A stretch of 46,710 bases of DNA from Octopus sinensis (Eukaryota): assembly GCF_006345805.1 (NCBI RefSeq), contig NW_021834576.1, forward strand, positions 1 through 46,710. The letters are read 5' to 3'. Under the pieces are notes generated by a model. The model saw nothing but the letters and a program-made list of their open reading frames with translations. It searched no databases and was not told where the DNA came from. How positions within the stretch are numbered: the first letter of the stretch is position 1; each line of letters starts with the position of its first letter. The position numbers and the translations under genes were made by a program. This document shows, in pieces, positions 1-12,630 of this stretch.

Positions 1-480
1 TACACACACACACACATACACACGTATATATATATATAATATATTTATGCATATATACATATCTATATATATATATGTGGATCTATCGCTATATATATAT
101 GGTAGTAAGTATATATATGCAGAAACATAAGTATATATATATGTGTATATATATATATATTATATATATATATATTATATAGTATATATATATATGTTTA
201 CTACTGAGTATAACGCTTCCTATAAACTTATCTATTTATCTATCTCTGTATCAATATTTTTAATCGATATATGTATGTGTGTATATCTATATATATGTAG
301 ATATGCATATACATATATATATGTGTGTGTGTGTGTGTATGTGCGTGTGTGTGCGCGCGTGCGTGAGTGTGTATGCAGACATACATACAATCGCGCTCAC
401 ACGCACACACACATAGTTGTATGTATGTATGCATTTATTAAAAACTGCATAAACTACAGAATAAAAAGAATACAATAAAT
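1..480. repeat. Compound (TA)n/(TG)n/(CA)n microsatellite
   Basis: Direct reading; the YI/CV/HT-rich ORFs here are translation artefacts. Confidence 0.95.
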
Positions 481-715
481 AAATAAATAAATATAAGAAG
501 AAATAGAAATTAAAGCCCCCAATAAAGAGACAAAAACTGAAAAAAAAAAACAAATGTTAAAAAGTCTGAACAAAAAATAGTTGAAAACATAGCCAAGAGA
601 AAAAGAAAACAATGAGTAAAACAAAATAAAAGCTATTGATACAAACGATGTGCAATTGCTTAGAGAAAACGCTATTAGGAATGCAATGCAGGATATATTG
701 GACGTACAAGTATAC

Positions 716-743
716 CAGTTCAATCGGATTCGATGCTATGTTT
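716..743 (-). CDS. Weak candidate exon (xNIASNPIEL), unidentified
   Basis: Strong minus-strand acceptor TTCCTTTTTTTCCTCTTCCTTTATTCTGCTATTTCAG. One frame is open. The donor CTG|GTATAC is weak. Confidence 0.2.
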
Positions 744-819
744 CTGAAATAGCAGAATAAAGGAAGAGGAAAAAAAGGAAAATTATAAACTAAGACAGTA
801 ACATGGAAGAAGAAGAAGT

Positions 820-833
820 AATAGTAATAGCAT

Positions 834-864
<31 letters not shown>

Positions 865-948
865 TTCAATGATAACAATAAGAGTACAACGACGACGATA
901 ATGATGATGATGATGATAATGTTAATGATAATAAGAATAATGCTAATG

Positions 949-981
<33 letters not shown>

Positions 982-987
982 GTAGTA

Positions 988-1054
<67 letters not shown>

Positions 1055-1075
1055 TAATATGGATAATAAACCGAT
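820..1075. repeat. (AGT)n/(GAT)n/(AAT)n trinucleotide microsatellite
   Basis: Direct reading. Confidence 0.95.
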
Positions 1076-1179
1076 ATACAAAATAAGCAACAAGAAACAA
1101 AAATAATTTATTAGACAAAAATTATAGAAGAAAACATTGAAAAATTAAAAATCAAAAGAAAGCATGTATACGAATGTGT

Positions 1180-1354
1180 GCATGCGCGCGCACGTGCGTG
1201 TATATATATGTACACACACAAACACACACATATATATATATATGTGTGTGTGTGTGTGGTGTGTGTATGTGTGTTTATATATAAATATATATATATATAA
1301 ATACATATATATATGTATATAAATATATAGTTATATATATACGTGTATATACAA

Positions 1355-1401
<47 letters not shown>

Positions 1402-1795
1402 GTGTGTGTGTGTGTGTGTCCGTGTATCAGTGTGTGTATATGATTCGAGCGTGCATGGATGTATGCGTATGCATATGTAAAGTGTGCTTAGATACGTATG
1501 CATATACGCATTCAAGTAGCACATACATACCCAATGCATAAATATGTATACACAAATATATACATGTGTATATAATAACATATTTAGATATAATCAATTG
1601 TTTATGTATATGTAAGTATATAAAGTATGTATATACATATACAAATAGACGCATGGGCGTTTCATTCTATATCTGTATGCGTATAAATATGCGAAAGTAT
1701 GCATATGGCTCTCATAGTCTACAATTCGATAGACATATACAAACATATATATACTTATTCATATATATATATACATATATATATGTAATATATAC

Positions 1796-1831
<36 letters not shown>

Positions 1832-2538
1832 TATATATACATATATATACACACATGAATGCATTTACATATATATATACTTAGATATTTATATATATAT
1901 ATGTATAAACGCAGGCGTGTACACATGCATACACGCACATATGTTTATATACACACACACACACACACACACACCCACATATATATATATATATATATAT
2001 ATATCATATATATATATATATATCCATAAATGAATGAATTATATACAATAAAAAAGTTACACAAGTACACAAAAAATATTTAGAAAAGCCATGACAATAA
2101 AACCAGCAGCAGTATCAAGCACAACAACAATAACAACAGCAACAAAGGAAACAACAGCCATGATGAACAACAAAGATCTTTCATTGAAGATAGTAATGGC
2201 AATCGTATATTTCGATAGAAAACAAAGTGTGTCTCGTGTTGATTACAAAATGTGTGTATGGATGTTTAAAGACTATGATTTCCTGTTCAATGTATGTCAG
2301 TCATAAGTCTGATTATATCTTATTCGCTCGTGTGTGTCTGTGATTTTGTGTGTCGTATTTTTTTGTTTGTTTGTTGGTGCGTGACAGTATGCGCGTGTTT
2401 AGCTGTGTAGATGTGTGTGTCTATGTACGCATGTGGCCTTGCTAATTTGCTTCATGTATGTTGATATTTGTATACGTATGCTGATTGCTGATTCTTTCTT
2501 TCTTATAATCTTACTCATTATATATACACACAAACATA

Positions 2539-2574
<36 letters not shown>

Positions 2575-2825
2575 ATATATATATATATTATATATATATA
2601 CATATATAATGTCGATAAATATATCCATGTACCTATCTATCTGTCTATCAATCTATCTATCTATTTATCGCTCTATCTATCTATATCTATTTATCTATCT
2701 ATCTAAGTATCGATCTATCTATATCTATTTATCTATCTTTTCTAAATATATCTATCCTATCATCTATCTATCTATCTATCTATCTTCTATCTATCTATCG
2801 ATCTATCTATCTATTTATCTATCTA

Positions 2826-2864
<39 letters not shown>

Positions 2865-2912
2865 ATATATATTATAGATATATATATATATATATATAAT
2901 ATTTACACGTAC

Positions 2913-2967
<55 letters not shown>

Positions 2968-3070
2968 AAACGTATTTGGCCATACACATATACATAAGTG
3001 TATATGTGCATATATATCTATATTCATTAATGTACATACATATATATATATATATATATGTATATCTACT
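1180..3070. repeat. Clusters of (TA)n, (TG)n, (CA)n and (TCTA)n microsatellites
   Basis: Direct reading; (TCTA)n tract at about 2630-2870. Confidence 0.9.
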
Positions 3071-3426
3071 CGCATACACAGGGATGTATATTTATACGTG
3101 TGTGGGTGTGCGTAGTGTGTATGTGTGTTTGCGCATGTGTACTTGAGCGTGTATGTGAGTGTATGGAATGTATGTGTGCGTATAAGAAATCAAGTGTGAA
3201 TACAGACATGTGGTCACATATAAAGTGGTAACAGTATGTATATTTTCATACAACGAAACATATGGTACATTCATGCTTACCTATACTCTGGCAAGTAATC
3301 ACACATATACACATAAACATATACACGAACAATCACACTCACCACAGTCATGCACATGCGCACATATACACCCATATATTATATACTGCGTATCTTCTGA
3401 TATTTGATAAGAAATCATATATATAT

Positions 3427-3477
<51 letters not shown>

Positions 3478-3931
3478 TATCGGTTAGTCACTATGCTGGG
3501 TCAGTTTATACAAGATTAATTTTACGGTTGACTTGTGACGATATTATTATATCTCTTGTTTAAGACAACTGGGTTAATTACAATCTATCGATCTCAGAGA
3601 TTTAGCGCAGAATTAATTTTTGAAATAACCTTTTGAATATTTATGGTAAAACTAATTATAATTGAAAAAATTTTACATTTCTTTTTTTCTTCTTTTTGCC
3701 CGTATGATATATATATAATATATAATATATATATATATATATATGTACATATATTTTGTGTGTATGTATATATATATATATATGTGTGTGTGTATGTGTA
3801 TATATATATATTGTTGCATATATACACATACATATATATATGCTTACATCAAGATAACATATATCATATATGTATATATATATAGTTAATATATACATAC
3901 ATACGTACATATATATATAGATATATATATA

Positions 3932-3973
<42 letters not shown>

Positions 3974-4451
3974 CTGACATATATATGCGCGTACGTGTAT
4001 ATGTATGTCTGTTTCTTGCATGTGTTGTATGTGTGTGTTGTTGAGTGCTGTTTTGTGCGGCTGTTTTGTGTTTTATCTGCTATCTTGCAGATTGGAATGC
4101 CATATAAAATATATTTTATCTTCATTTATTGATGTAAGTAATGTAAAGATACATCAGTAATACGCGTATCTGTGTGTTGTGTGCGTGTGTTTATGTGTCT
4201 GCATGTGTGTATGTGTATTTTGCGTGTGTCCCTAATTTTATCGCGCTTTAATCTTTTGCTATATACATACCATAGCGTTATAATTTTATATGTAAATCAT
4301 CCTCAACATCATCATCATCATAAACGTGTATATAATATATTTAAGTGGAATAATATAATCAAATTTAAATATAAATATATGTGTGTGGTGTGCGCGCCTC
4401 CGAGTGTGTGTGTATGCGCACGCATGTGTGTGCGTGTGTGTGTGCGTGTGT

Positions 4452-4572
4452 GGTCGACATTGTCTTTCATACTTTCGGGTTCCATAAAGTACGTACCACC
4501 TGAGGAGTAGGATCGATGTCATTGACTTACCACTTCCCTCAAAACTGATAGCATTATGCCAAAATTGCAAAA
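4452..4572 (+). mobile_element. Decayed 3' part of tRNA-derived SINE type C
   Basis: GTCGACATTGTCTTTCATACTTTCGGGTTCCATAAAGTACGTACC...GACTTACC...GCCAAAATT aligns by eye with the copies at 42203-42395 (+) and 37862-38035 (-). Confidence 0.7.
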
Positions 4573-4654
4573 GCGACATATGTATACATACATTATCTAT
4601 CGTCTATCTGTCTGTCTGTCTGTCTATCTATCTGTATGTATGCTTGTATATTAT

Positions 4655-4704
<50 letters not shown>

Positions 4705-5344
4705 TATATAGCATATATATATATATATCTATATTATTACTATACATATATATATATGATATATAGATATATATATATAATACACACACTCAGTGACACG
4801 AGACTGGACAGAGAGAAGAGCACAAAATTCTTAGAAAACCACAGGAGGTCCAGTAGGCCAACGGAATAATAATACTTCTTCTTCCCTCAGATCACACAAA
4901 CGCACACACACACACACACATACACACACACACACATACACACACACACACACACACATACACATACACACATGTTTTCTCTGTCTCACTTCCTCCTCAC
5001 CCTTTTATACTGTTTTATTCCTCCCCACCACTACTACGAAACTATAAAATGTTCAAATTACCCACAAGGAATTGATTTGATTTGAAAACCCCACTCGATT
5101 AGGAGAAAGCGCTAATCCGAATGATATGATCTGAATGATATGATATATATGTAAAAAATGTAATATATAAATATCTATAAATATGAACCATCCGATCTGA
5201 TTACCTCATTTTTTCTAATATATATGCATATATATATGTATATATATATATATGTATATATATCATATATATATATGTATGGAAAATAATTCAAGATATT
5301 ATATCTATATATCTATATTATATACATATATATATGTATATATC

Positions 5345-5853
<509 letters not shown>

Positions 5854-5885
5854 GTATATATATATATATGTGTGTATGTGTTATA

Positions 5886-5928
<43 letters not shown>

Positions 5929-6355
5929 TAGTATATATATCATATATATTATATATATATATATAGATATATAATATACATGTGTATGTATGGAAAATAA
6001 TTCAAGATATTACGTATAATTTCTAGAAACCATTTCAGTGCTGGTTTCAGCCATTGAGACTTTTGTTATCTGTAAGTATTGAAAACAATTAAATTTGGAA
6101 AAATTAAAAGACTGTATACATATATATATATAATATATACATTTTCTCATATATATATACATATATATATTCACATATATATACGTATATATACATGTGT
6201 GTGCGTGTATGCATGTATATATGTTTGTAATTTTTACATTTAATTTTTTACTTTTATATATGTTTGTATATATATATATATATATATATATATGTTTTTG
6301 TATTATATACACATATACGTATATATATGTGTATATCTCAAATATATATTATATA

Positions 6356-6397
<42 letters not shown>

Positions 6398-6941
6398 CGT
6401 ATATATATTTCTCTATACTTATTTAAATTATGCCTCTATGCCTATCTTTGTGTGGTTTACGTGAGCTTCTGTGAATGTATAGGTCCGCATTTAACTTTCA
6501 CTCAGCTCCCAATATGAGTCCGCAGTTTTAATATCAACTTAAGATCTAGTCCTCAAGTGTAGCTACAGGTGTCGTGTCCGTTAATGCAACACTAGGCAAT
6601 TATTTATGATGTGTGGAGGCCGATAGAAATGTTTGACTTTGACAATAACTATTTGAAAGAGGGTTTAAGATGGGTGGAGAAAGAATGAGAAGAGAAATAA
6701 CAGTGGGTTATAGAAAGTATGGGCAGGGAGAGTGGCAAAACATATACCATAGCGTGACCTGGGACAAATAGACAGACTTGTGATAGAAAGAGGAAGAGAG
6801 AGGCAAACGTAGATGGTCGCCTGACGATTGATGTTGAAAGAGATTTCAAGATGCGAGACACGAAACATTTCAATGAAAATACTGTGTGAATATATATATA
6901 TACGAAAGAAGGTTTGAAAATGCAATTTAAAAGATGTTTAT

Positions 6942-6986
6942 TTACTTAACCGGTTTCACTCTTTGGAAAAAGATTGTCAAAAGTAA
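6942..6986 (-). ncRNA. Minimal type-I hammerhead-ribozyme-like motif, U3-A8 core variant
   Basis: Minus strand: UUACUU UUGACAA UCUUUUUCCAAAGAGU GAAAC CG GUU|AAGUAA. Helix I is 6 perfect bp, helix III is the palindrome AACCGGUU, triplet GUU. Confidence 0.6.
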
Positions 6987-7025
6987 CATATGGAAGTTTG
7001 GTTGCGTTAATTATTGGTGTTGCCA

Positions 7026-7296
7026 AATTGCCACATTACATGTAATATATACAGTCTTGGTAACAGGGACATGTTAAGGATATAAAAAGTACAACACAAT
7101 GATGAGAATATTTGAAAAAAAAATGGGCAGAAAAGATTAAAACAAATATATTATACATCTCAGGGTAATTTCCAGGAGGAAATATCAAAAAAGTTCAGTA
7201 CAGAATATATGAATTCAAAAAAATTTACATAATTGCACATTACATGTATATATTACAGTCTTTGGTAACAGGGACATGTTAAGGACATAAAAAAAG

Positions 7297-7298
<2 letters not shown>
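7026..7298. repeat. Two ~66-bp direct repeats (7026-7091, 7231-7298)
   Basis: Both read ATTG(C)CACATTACATGTA..TACAGTCTT(T)GGTAACAGGGACATGTTAAGGAYATAAAAA(AA)GTA. Confidence 0.9.
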
Positions 7299-7341
<43 letters not shown>

Positions 7342-7927
7342 GAGAGAGAGAGATAGATAGATAGATAGATAGATAGATGGATAGATAGATAGATACATAC
7401 ATACATATATATACATAGATATACATATATATATATTTATGTATATACATATATGCGGGTCAGCTGATGTTTGTGCGAATGTAAGTCTATGTATATTGTA
7501 AAACCAAACTCACACTCACACATACACACACTGACACTTATATATGTCTGTATATACATATACATACATGAGTACATATCTTTCTATTTACCTATCTATA
7601 TCTCTCTCTATATATGCATGAGTTTGTAAATATAAGCACACAGACATATAGATATATAGATATTCATACGCACCGATATATATATAAATATAACATATTT
7701 TATATATATGTATGTATATATATATATATACATATATACACATATATATACATATATATTTATATGTATATAACACTAAGCTTACACTCACGTACACGCG
7801 CATATATATATATATATGTATGTGTGTGTATATGCGTGTATATATACATATATATATATGTGTGTGTGTGAATATGCATATATACATATATAACATACTA
7901 TATATATATGTGTGTGTGTGTATACTA

Positions 7928-7958
<31 letters not shown>

Positions 7959-8723
7959 GATATATACATATATAAATTACTCTTTTACCTTTGTTTTCCA
8001 TTTGCGTGTGTTTTGGACTTTGTGTCTCTGCGTACATGTGTTCATGTTTGGAAAATCGTGTTGGCTGTGTTCTGTTGATTATATATTTGTAGATTAAAAG
8101 AAAATGAATAGAATACGTTCTTTGATTTTCTCTGAAATTAGATGAGAATGAAATCGTGGAATAAATTATACTCAACTGAAAAGCCAAAATTTAATTGTAA
8201 TAATTCAGAGTGTAACGTTTGATGTCATTGTTGTTTAACTCAAACTCAAACATGACCGACCAAACCTATGTTGAAAAATGTTGCTAGCAAAACCGCCTTA
8301 TGTTATCTATCTGTGTATATACGAAAATTCCGTTATGAACATGATAAGATCTACTTTTAAGGTGATCTGATTAGTATTTCTAACGGAGACCTTCACAGTG
8401 AAAGGAAATGTCATTATTTTTTCGCGATGTTATTTTTAGTCGAAAGTTACCTCTGATCAAAACAAGTTCGAGTGGAAATGTATTGATATTAATTCAAGCA
8501 TTGCAGACGGTAGACATTACTGAAGTCCCCGATGTGGTGTTCGTCTCGAGATAACGTCTCATGTAGACGTACAGTTTTAAAGAACGCTGATATATATCAG
8601 TAGTTGACGAAAATCGTTTATTAGCTAAGCACATGCTATGCCCAAACCAGCCTCTAATGATATAGTCAAACAGCTGTCGAAAACACACTGTTGTCTCAAG
8701 AGCCGGTTGGCTGAATAAAAATT

Positions 8724-8765
8724 ATGAAGATGATGAGGATAATAATAATAATAATAATAATAATG

Positions 8766-8812
<47 letters not shown>

Positions 8813-8843
8813 TAATAATAATAAAATAATAATAATAATAATA

Positions 8844-8874
<31 letters not shown>

Positions 8875-8896
8875 ATAATAATAATAATAATAATAA
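8724..8896. repeat. (AAT)n microsatellite
   Basis: Direct reading. Confidence 0.95.
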
Positions 8897-8898
8897 GA

Positions 8899-9480
8899 AG
8901 TACCAGGCAGTGGCTCTCAGTACCAGGCAGTGGCTCTAAGTACCAGGCAGTGGCTCTCATGGCTTCTGATCTTAACTGATTGGAAAGTGTTATCATGTAC
9001 ATTGTTTTGTCTTGGTATAAAGATGGGTACAGCAAATATTTGCTCAATACCACAGATTTGCTTGTCAGTTGTTTGACCTTAACCAGTTGAGCATGTCCCT
9101 TAGTGGCTGACGATATGTGCATCTGATCACGAGCAGAAGTAGTGGGGGAGCATCATAGCCATGTGTTGAGAGGGATGCTTTGGGGTTTGAATAGTTCACC
9201 TCTGGAAACATGGGTGGTTCTTTCAACATCCTTAAACAACCCTTATTCGGGGACCGTTTGAGCGGGATGGGCTACTCAACCTGAAAGAAAATTCAAACTG
9301 GGCCCCACCTGCAAGGTCATGTGCTGTTTATCTTGATATGAGATCACCATGTCGCGCACATATGGTTGTGATGCATGTGCCTGGTGTACCTTTATCAGAC
9401 GGGTAGTCATGATGGGTATATTGGGCTTCGTATATTTTACCCCAGTGTCACTTTGATGGCATGAACTGCTCTCTCACTCA
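8899..9480 (+). mobile_element. ~580-bp non-coding interspersed repeat bounded by (AAT)n (here called element X)
   Basis: Homologous copies at 10218-10633, 26522-26721 (-) and 34022-34533. Starts with three tandem 20-mers AGTACCAGGCAGTGGCTCTC. Ends CTCTCACTC(AAT)n. Strand is assigned only by (AAT)n orientation. Confidence 0.85.
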
Positions 9481-9501
9481 ATAATAATAATAATAAAATA
9501 A

Positions 9502-9536
<35 letters not shown>

Positions 9537-9550
9537 TAATAATAATAATA

Positions 9551-10129
9551 CTGACAGAGTTGGAACCTACATACATTGGAAGCTATGCCAACATTATGGA
9601 ATAACAACAGAAAAAAGATGTATAGGCACACAACAGAAAAGGTCACAGAAAACGAGAAAGCAACCATACTCTGGATATGCCGATACACACAGATAGACAA
9701 ATTAAGGCCAACAGACCAGATATAGTTGTCGAGATCATGAAGAAAAAAAATGCTTTCTAATTGATGTATCAATACCGGCAGATGACGACGTGTCTCTAAA
9801 AGAAATGGAGAAACTCTCAAAATACAAAGACCTGGAAATAGAGGTAACTAGAATGTGGAATCTGAAAACAGAAACAATTCCTATCATAGTAGGTGCATTA
9901 GGCATGATAAAAAAATATTCAGACAAATACATAACAAAAACACCAGGACTTACAAACACATATAACATACAGAAAATTGCACTACTAGGCACTGCACACA
10001 TCCTACGCAGAACACTTTCAATACAGTAACCATCAGAGCACTCAAACAAATCACAGGACACACCCAAGGCACACAGAGCTGCGCTCGGTGGTATGAAGTG
10101 AAAGCACGCTCTATAAAATAAAACTACTG

Positions 10130-10130
<1 letters not shown>
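9551..10130 (+). mobile_element. 3' end of R4/Dong-type non-LTR retrotransposon (family 1): restriction-like endonuclease plus 3' UTR
   Basis: YIHWKLC...RPDIVV..D...IDVSIPAD...KEMEKLSKYKDLEIEVTRMW...IPIIVGALG, with frameshifts. Stop at 10029, about 100 nt UTR, then (TAA)n tail. Confidence 0.9.
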
Positions 10131-10217
<87 letters not shown>

Positions 10218-10219
<2 letters not shown>

Positions 10220-10702
10220 GTCCTGATGCAGTATACGTCTGAGTGGCTCTCATGCCTTGATTTTAACTGATTGGAAGCGTTATCACGTACAATGTTTTGT
10301 CATGGTATAAAAGATGGACTACAGCAAATATTCTGCTCAATAAAACAGTTGAGCATGTCCCTTAGTGACTGACGATGTGTGCATCTCTGATCACAAGCAG
10401 AAGTAGTGGGGAGAGTATCGTAGCCATGTGTTGAGAGGAATTCGTTGGGGTTTGGATAATTCACCTCAGGAAACATGGGTGTTTTGTTCATCATCCTTAA
10501 ACAACCCTTATTGAAGGACCTTTTGAGTGGGGTGGGCTACTCAGTTTGAAGAAAATTCTAACTGGGTCCCACCTTCAAGGTCATACTCTGTTTATTTTGA
10601 TATAAGATCACCATGTCGCGCACATATGGTTGTTCACTGGTAGTGAACAACTGACACCATAGCACATCTCCAGAGTTAGAAACTGTGCAAAGACAACCAA
10701 GT
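10218..10702 (+). mobile_element. Element X copy fused at about 10633 to the 3' UTR of Dong-type family 2
   Basis: 10218-10633 matches 8940-9370. 10632-10700 matches 11369-11440 and the reverse complement of 28115-28185. Confidence 0.8.
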
Positions 10703-10792
10703 AATAATGATGATAATGATGATGATTATTATTATGATGATGATGATGATTATGATCATAATAACAACAACAACAACAACAATAATAGTAAT

Positions 10793-11331
10793 AATTTTCC
10801 TGCCATTCCTTTCTCCATCAATTTATCCATTTCCAATATCCCCAAGAACTTATATCCCGTCTCTTTTATCTACTCCATAACCTCCCCGACGGTTTCCCTG
10901 GCCCGTCCATACGTTTGATTTTGCCTCTCTTCAAGTCTAACACACCACACTTTTTCAGTCCGAACTCCATTCTGATATCAGCACTGAATGTAAGCACCGC
11001 ATCACCGAGGGAACTGACTTGGGATTCATCTTTACCATAAAGTTTGAGGCCAGCCATGAATAACAAGTGGTTGACTTTTTGCTGGCAGCTCTTGTATACC
11101 TACCCAGTCATTTCTTTTCTCAGAATCAGTGTTAGTGGTATCATGCACAGTACAAATATCAGTGGGAACAGGCAGTCCCCTTGGAAGTTGTCTCGCCTCA
11201 TTTCTATTGTCCCTAAACTTCTTCCACTTTTTTCAAGCAATCGCTCAACATTTCAAGCATTACCAAGAAGGTTAATACATTCCATAATCCAAGAATATGG
11301 AATAATATCGTACGCCTTACGATAATCGATT
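10793..11331 (-). mobile_element. Reverse-transcriptase fragment of R4/Dong-type family 2 (pseudogenised)
   Basis: IDYRKAYDIIPYSWIMEC...FQGDCLFPL...NHLLFMAGLKLYGKD...MEFGLKKC...GYKFLGILE. YMDD-type motif decayed to FMAG. Homologous to about 29320-29870. Confidence 0.9.
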
Positions 11332-11361
11332 CTGTGGGATTTTATGAAAAATAAGGGGTTA

Positions 11362-11450
11362 TGCCTTAGTTCACTGGTAGTGAACAGCTGGCACCGTAGT
11401 ACATCTCCAGCGTTAGAAGCTGTGCAAAGACAATAAAATACAATAATAAT
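11362..11450 (+). mobile_element. 3' UTR/tail of Dong-type family 2
   Basis: TTAGTTCACTGGTAGTGAACAGCTGGCACCGTAGTACATCTCCAGCGTTAGAAGCTGTGCAAAGA..AATAATAAT matches the reverse complement of 28115-28190. Confidence 0.8.
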
Positions 11451-11577
11451 GGTAATACAAAAGTAAGCATTTGAAAAAAAGCTGAAAACTTGTGGATAAC
11501 TACAGGTAGTAACCCGCTATCCACATAAACTACAAAGAATAAGACCGAACCTGAGCCAAATCAAAATAATAATGGAT

Positions 11578-11790
11578 GAAAATTTTGGCACCAGGCCAGC
11601 AGTTTTTATTTTTGGGTGGGTGTGTGCTAATTCAGTTACATCGACTCCATTGCTGATACTTATTTTATCGATGCCGACATGATGAAATGCAAAGTCGACC
11701 GCGGTGGAAGTTGCACTTAGAATGTAAAGACGGACAGAAAACCGTTAAATGCTTTGCCCGGCGGGCTAACGATTCTGCCAGATAGCCGAC
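11578..11790 (-). mobile_element. tRNA-derived SINE type C, decayed
   Basis: TACTTATTTTATCGA...GATGAAATGCAAAGTCGACC...CTAACGATTCTGCCAG matches 37862-38035. Confidence 0.75.
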
Positions 11791-11814
11791 ATAATAATAA
11801 TAATAATAATAATG

Positions 11815-11845
<31 letters not shown>

Positions 11846-11862
11846 TAATAATAATAATAATA

Positions 11863-11894
<32 letters not shown>

Positions 11895-11905
11895 TAATAA
11901 TGATG

Positions 11906-11942
<37 letters not shown>

Positions 11943-12165
11943 TGATGATGATGATGATGATGATGATGCGTTCGTTGGCCACATCATCCTAGGCCACGAT
12001 GGACAATGTTAAAGAAGAGATATAACAGAAAAAGTGGTTTTTACTTTGAACAAACGGAAATTAAGATAACGAAATATATGAAAGATATAAAAATTTTCTA
12101 AAGAGATCTTTAGAAAGCTCGGCAGTTTCATGTAGAGTAGATATTGACGATGATGATGATGATGA

Positions 12166-12217
<52 letters not shown>

Positions 12218-12630
12218 TCGATGATGATGAATGATGTCGCTTGTTTCTACGAACAGAGGAATCTGATACATTTGCTTAATCCTGACCATCGCAATGCCCG
12301 TATTTCAAGATTAACCGAATAATTTTCTATAAAGTAGTAAAAGCAAAACTTTGATGTCTTTTTCAAAGCATGTAATACACATTAATGAACAAAGTCACAC
12401 ACATTCAAGAACAAGCATGTCATCTGCAGACAAAATTGATTTTTGGACTTGTTTGTTGTGTCATCTTCTGAAGAAACTATAAGCAAAAGTGATATTGATA
12501 CCATAATTTTCGAGCAGAATGTATAACGTTCGCTATTTTCTCTCAAGTTTCATTATTAATGGCAAAGAGAGTGAACTCACAAACCACGGGGGTATTCAGC
12601 TCTAAAGTGTGTTTTACTCCGACAAATATG

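Noticed and set aside
4091-4133. Plus-strand AG...GTAAGT 43-nt exon candidate (LECHIKYILSSFID), and a similar one at 37421-37463
   Set aside because: Good splice motifs but AT-rich, short and with no recognisable peptide; expected by chance in 47 kb.
4531-4544. Apparent 14-nt minus-strand micro-exon (AG|TTTTGAGGGAAGTG|GTAAGT)
   Set aside because: It lies inside a SINE type C copy; the GACTTAC motif appears to be part of the repeat.
6820-6875. CTGACGA...GAAACATT on plus, hammerhead-like
   Set aside because: No helix II closure next to the core and no helix I complement.
8494-8710. Minus-strand open frame after a TTTTTATTCAG acceptor (QPALETTVCFRQLFDY...)
   Set aside because: No convincing donor or family motif; cannot be supported without RNA data.
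9107-9140. CTGACGA...GAAG inside element X
   Set aside because: GAAG instead of GAAA, no helix III/NUH. Other 8-bp self-complementary matches in X are at chance level for 580 nt.
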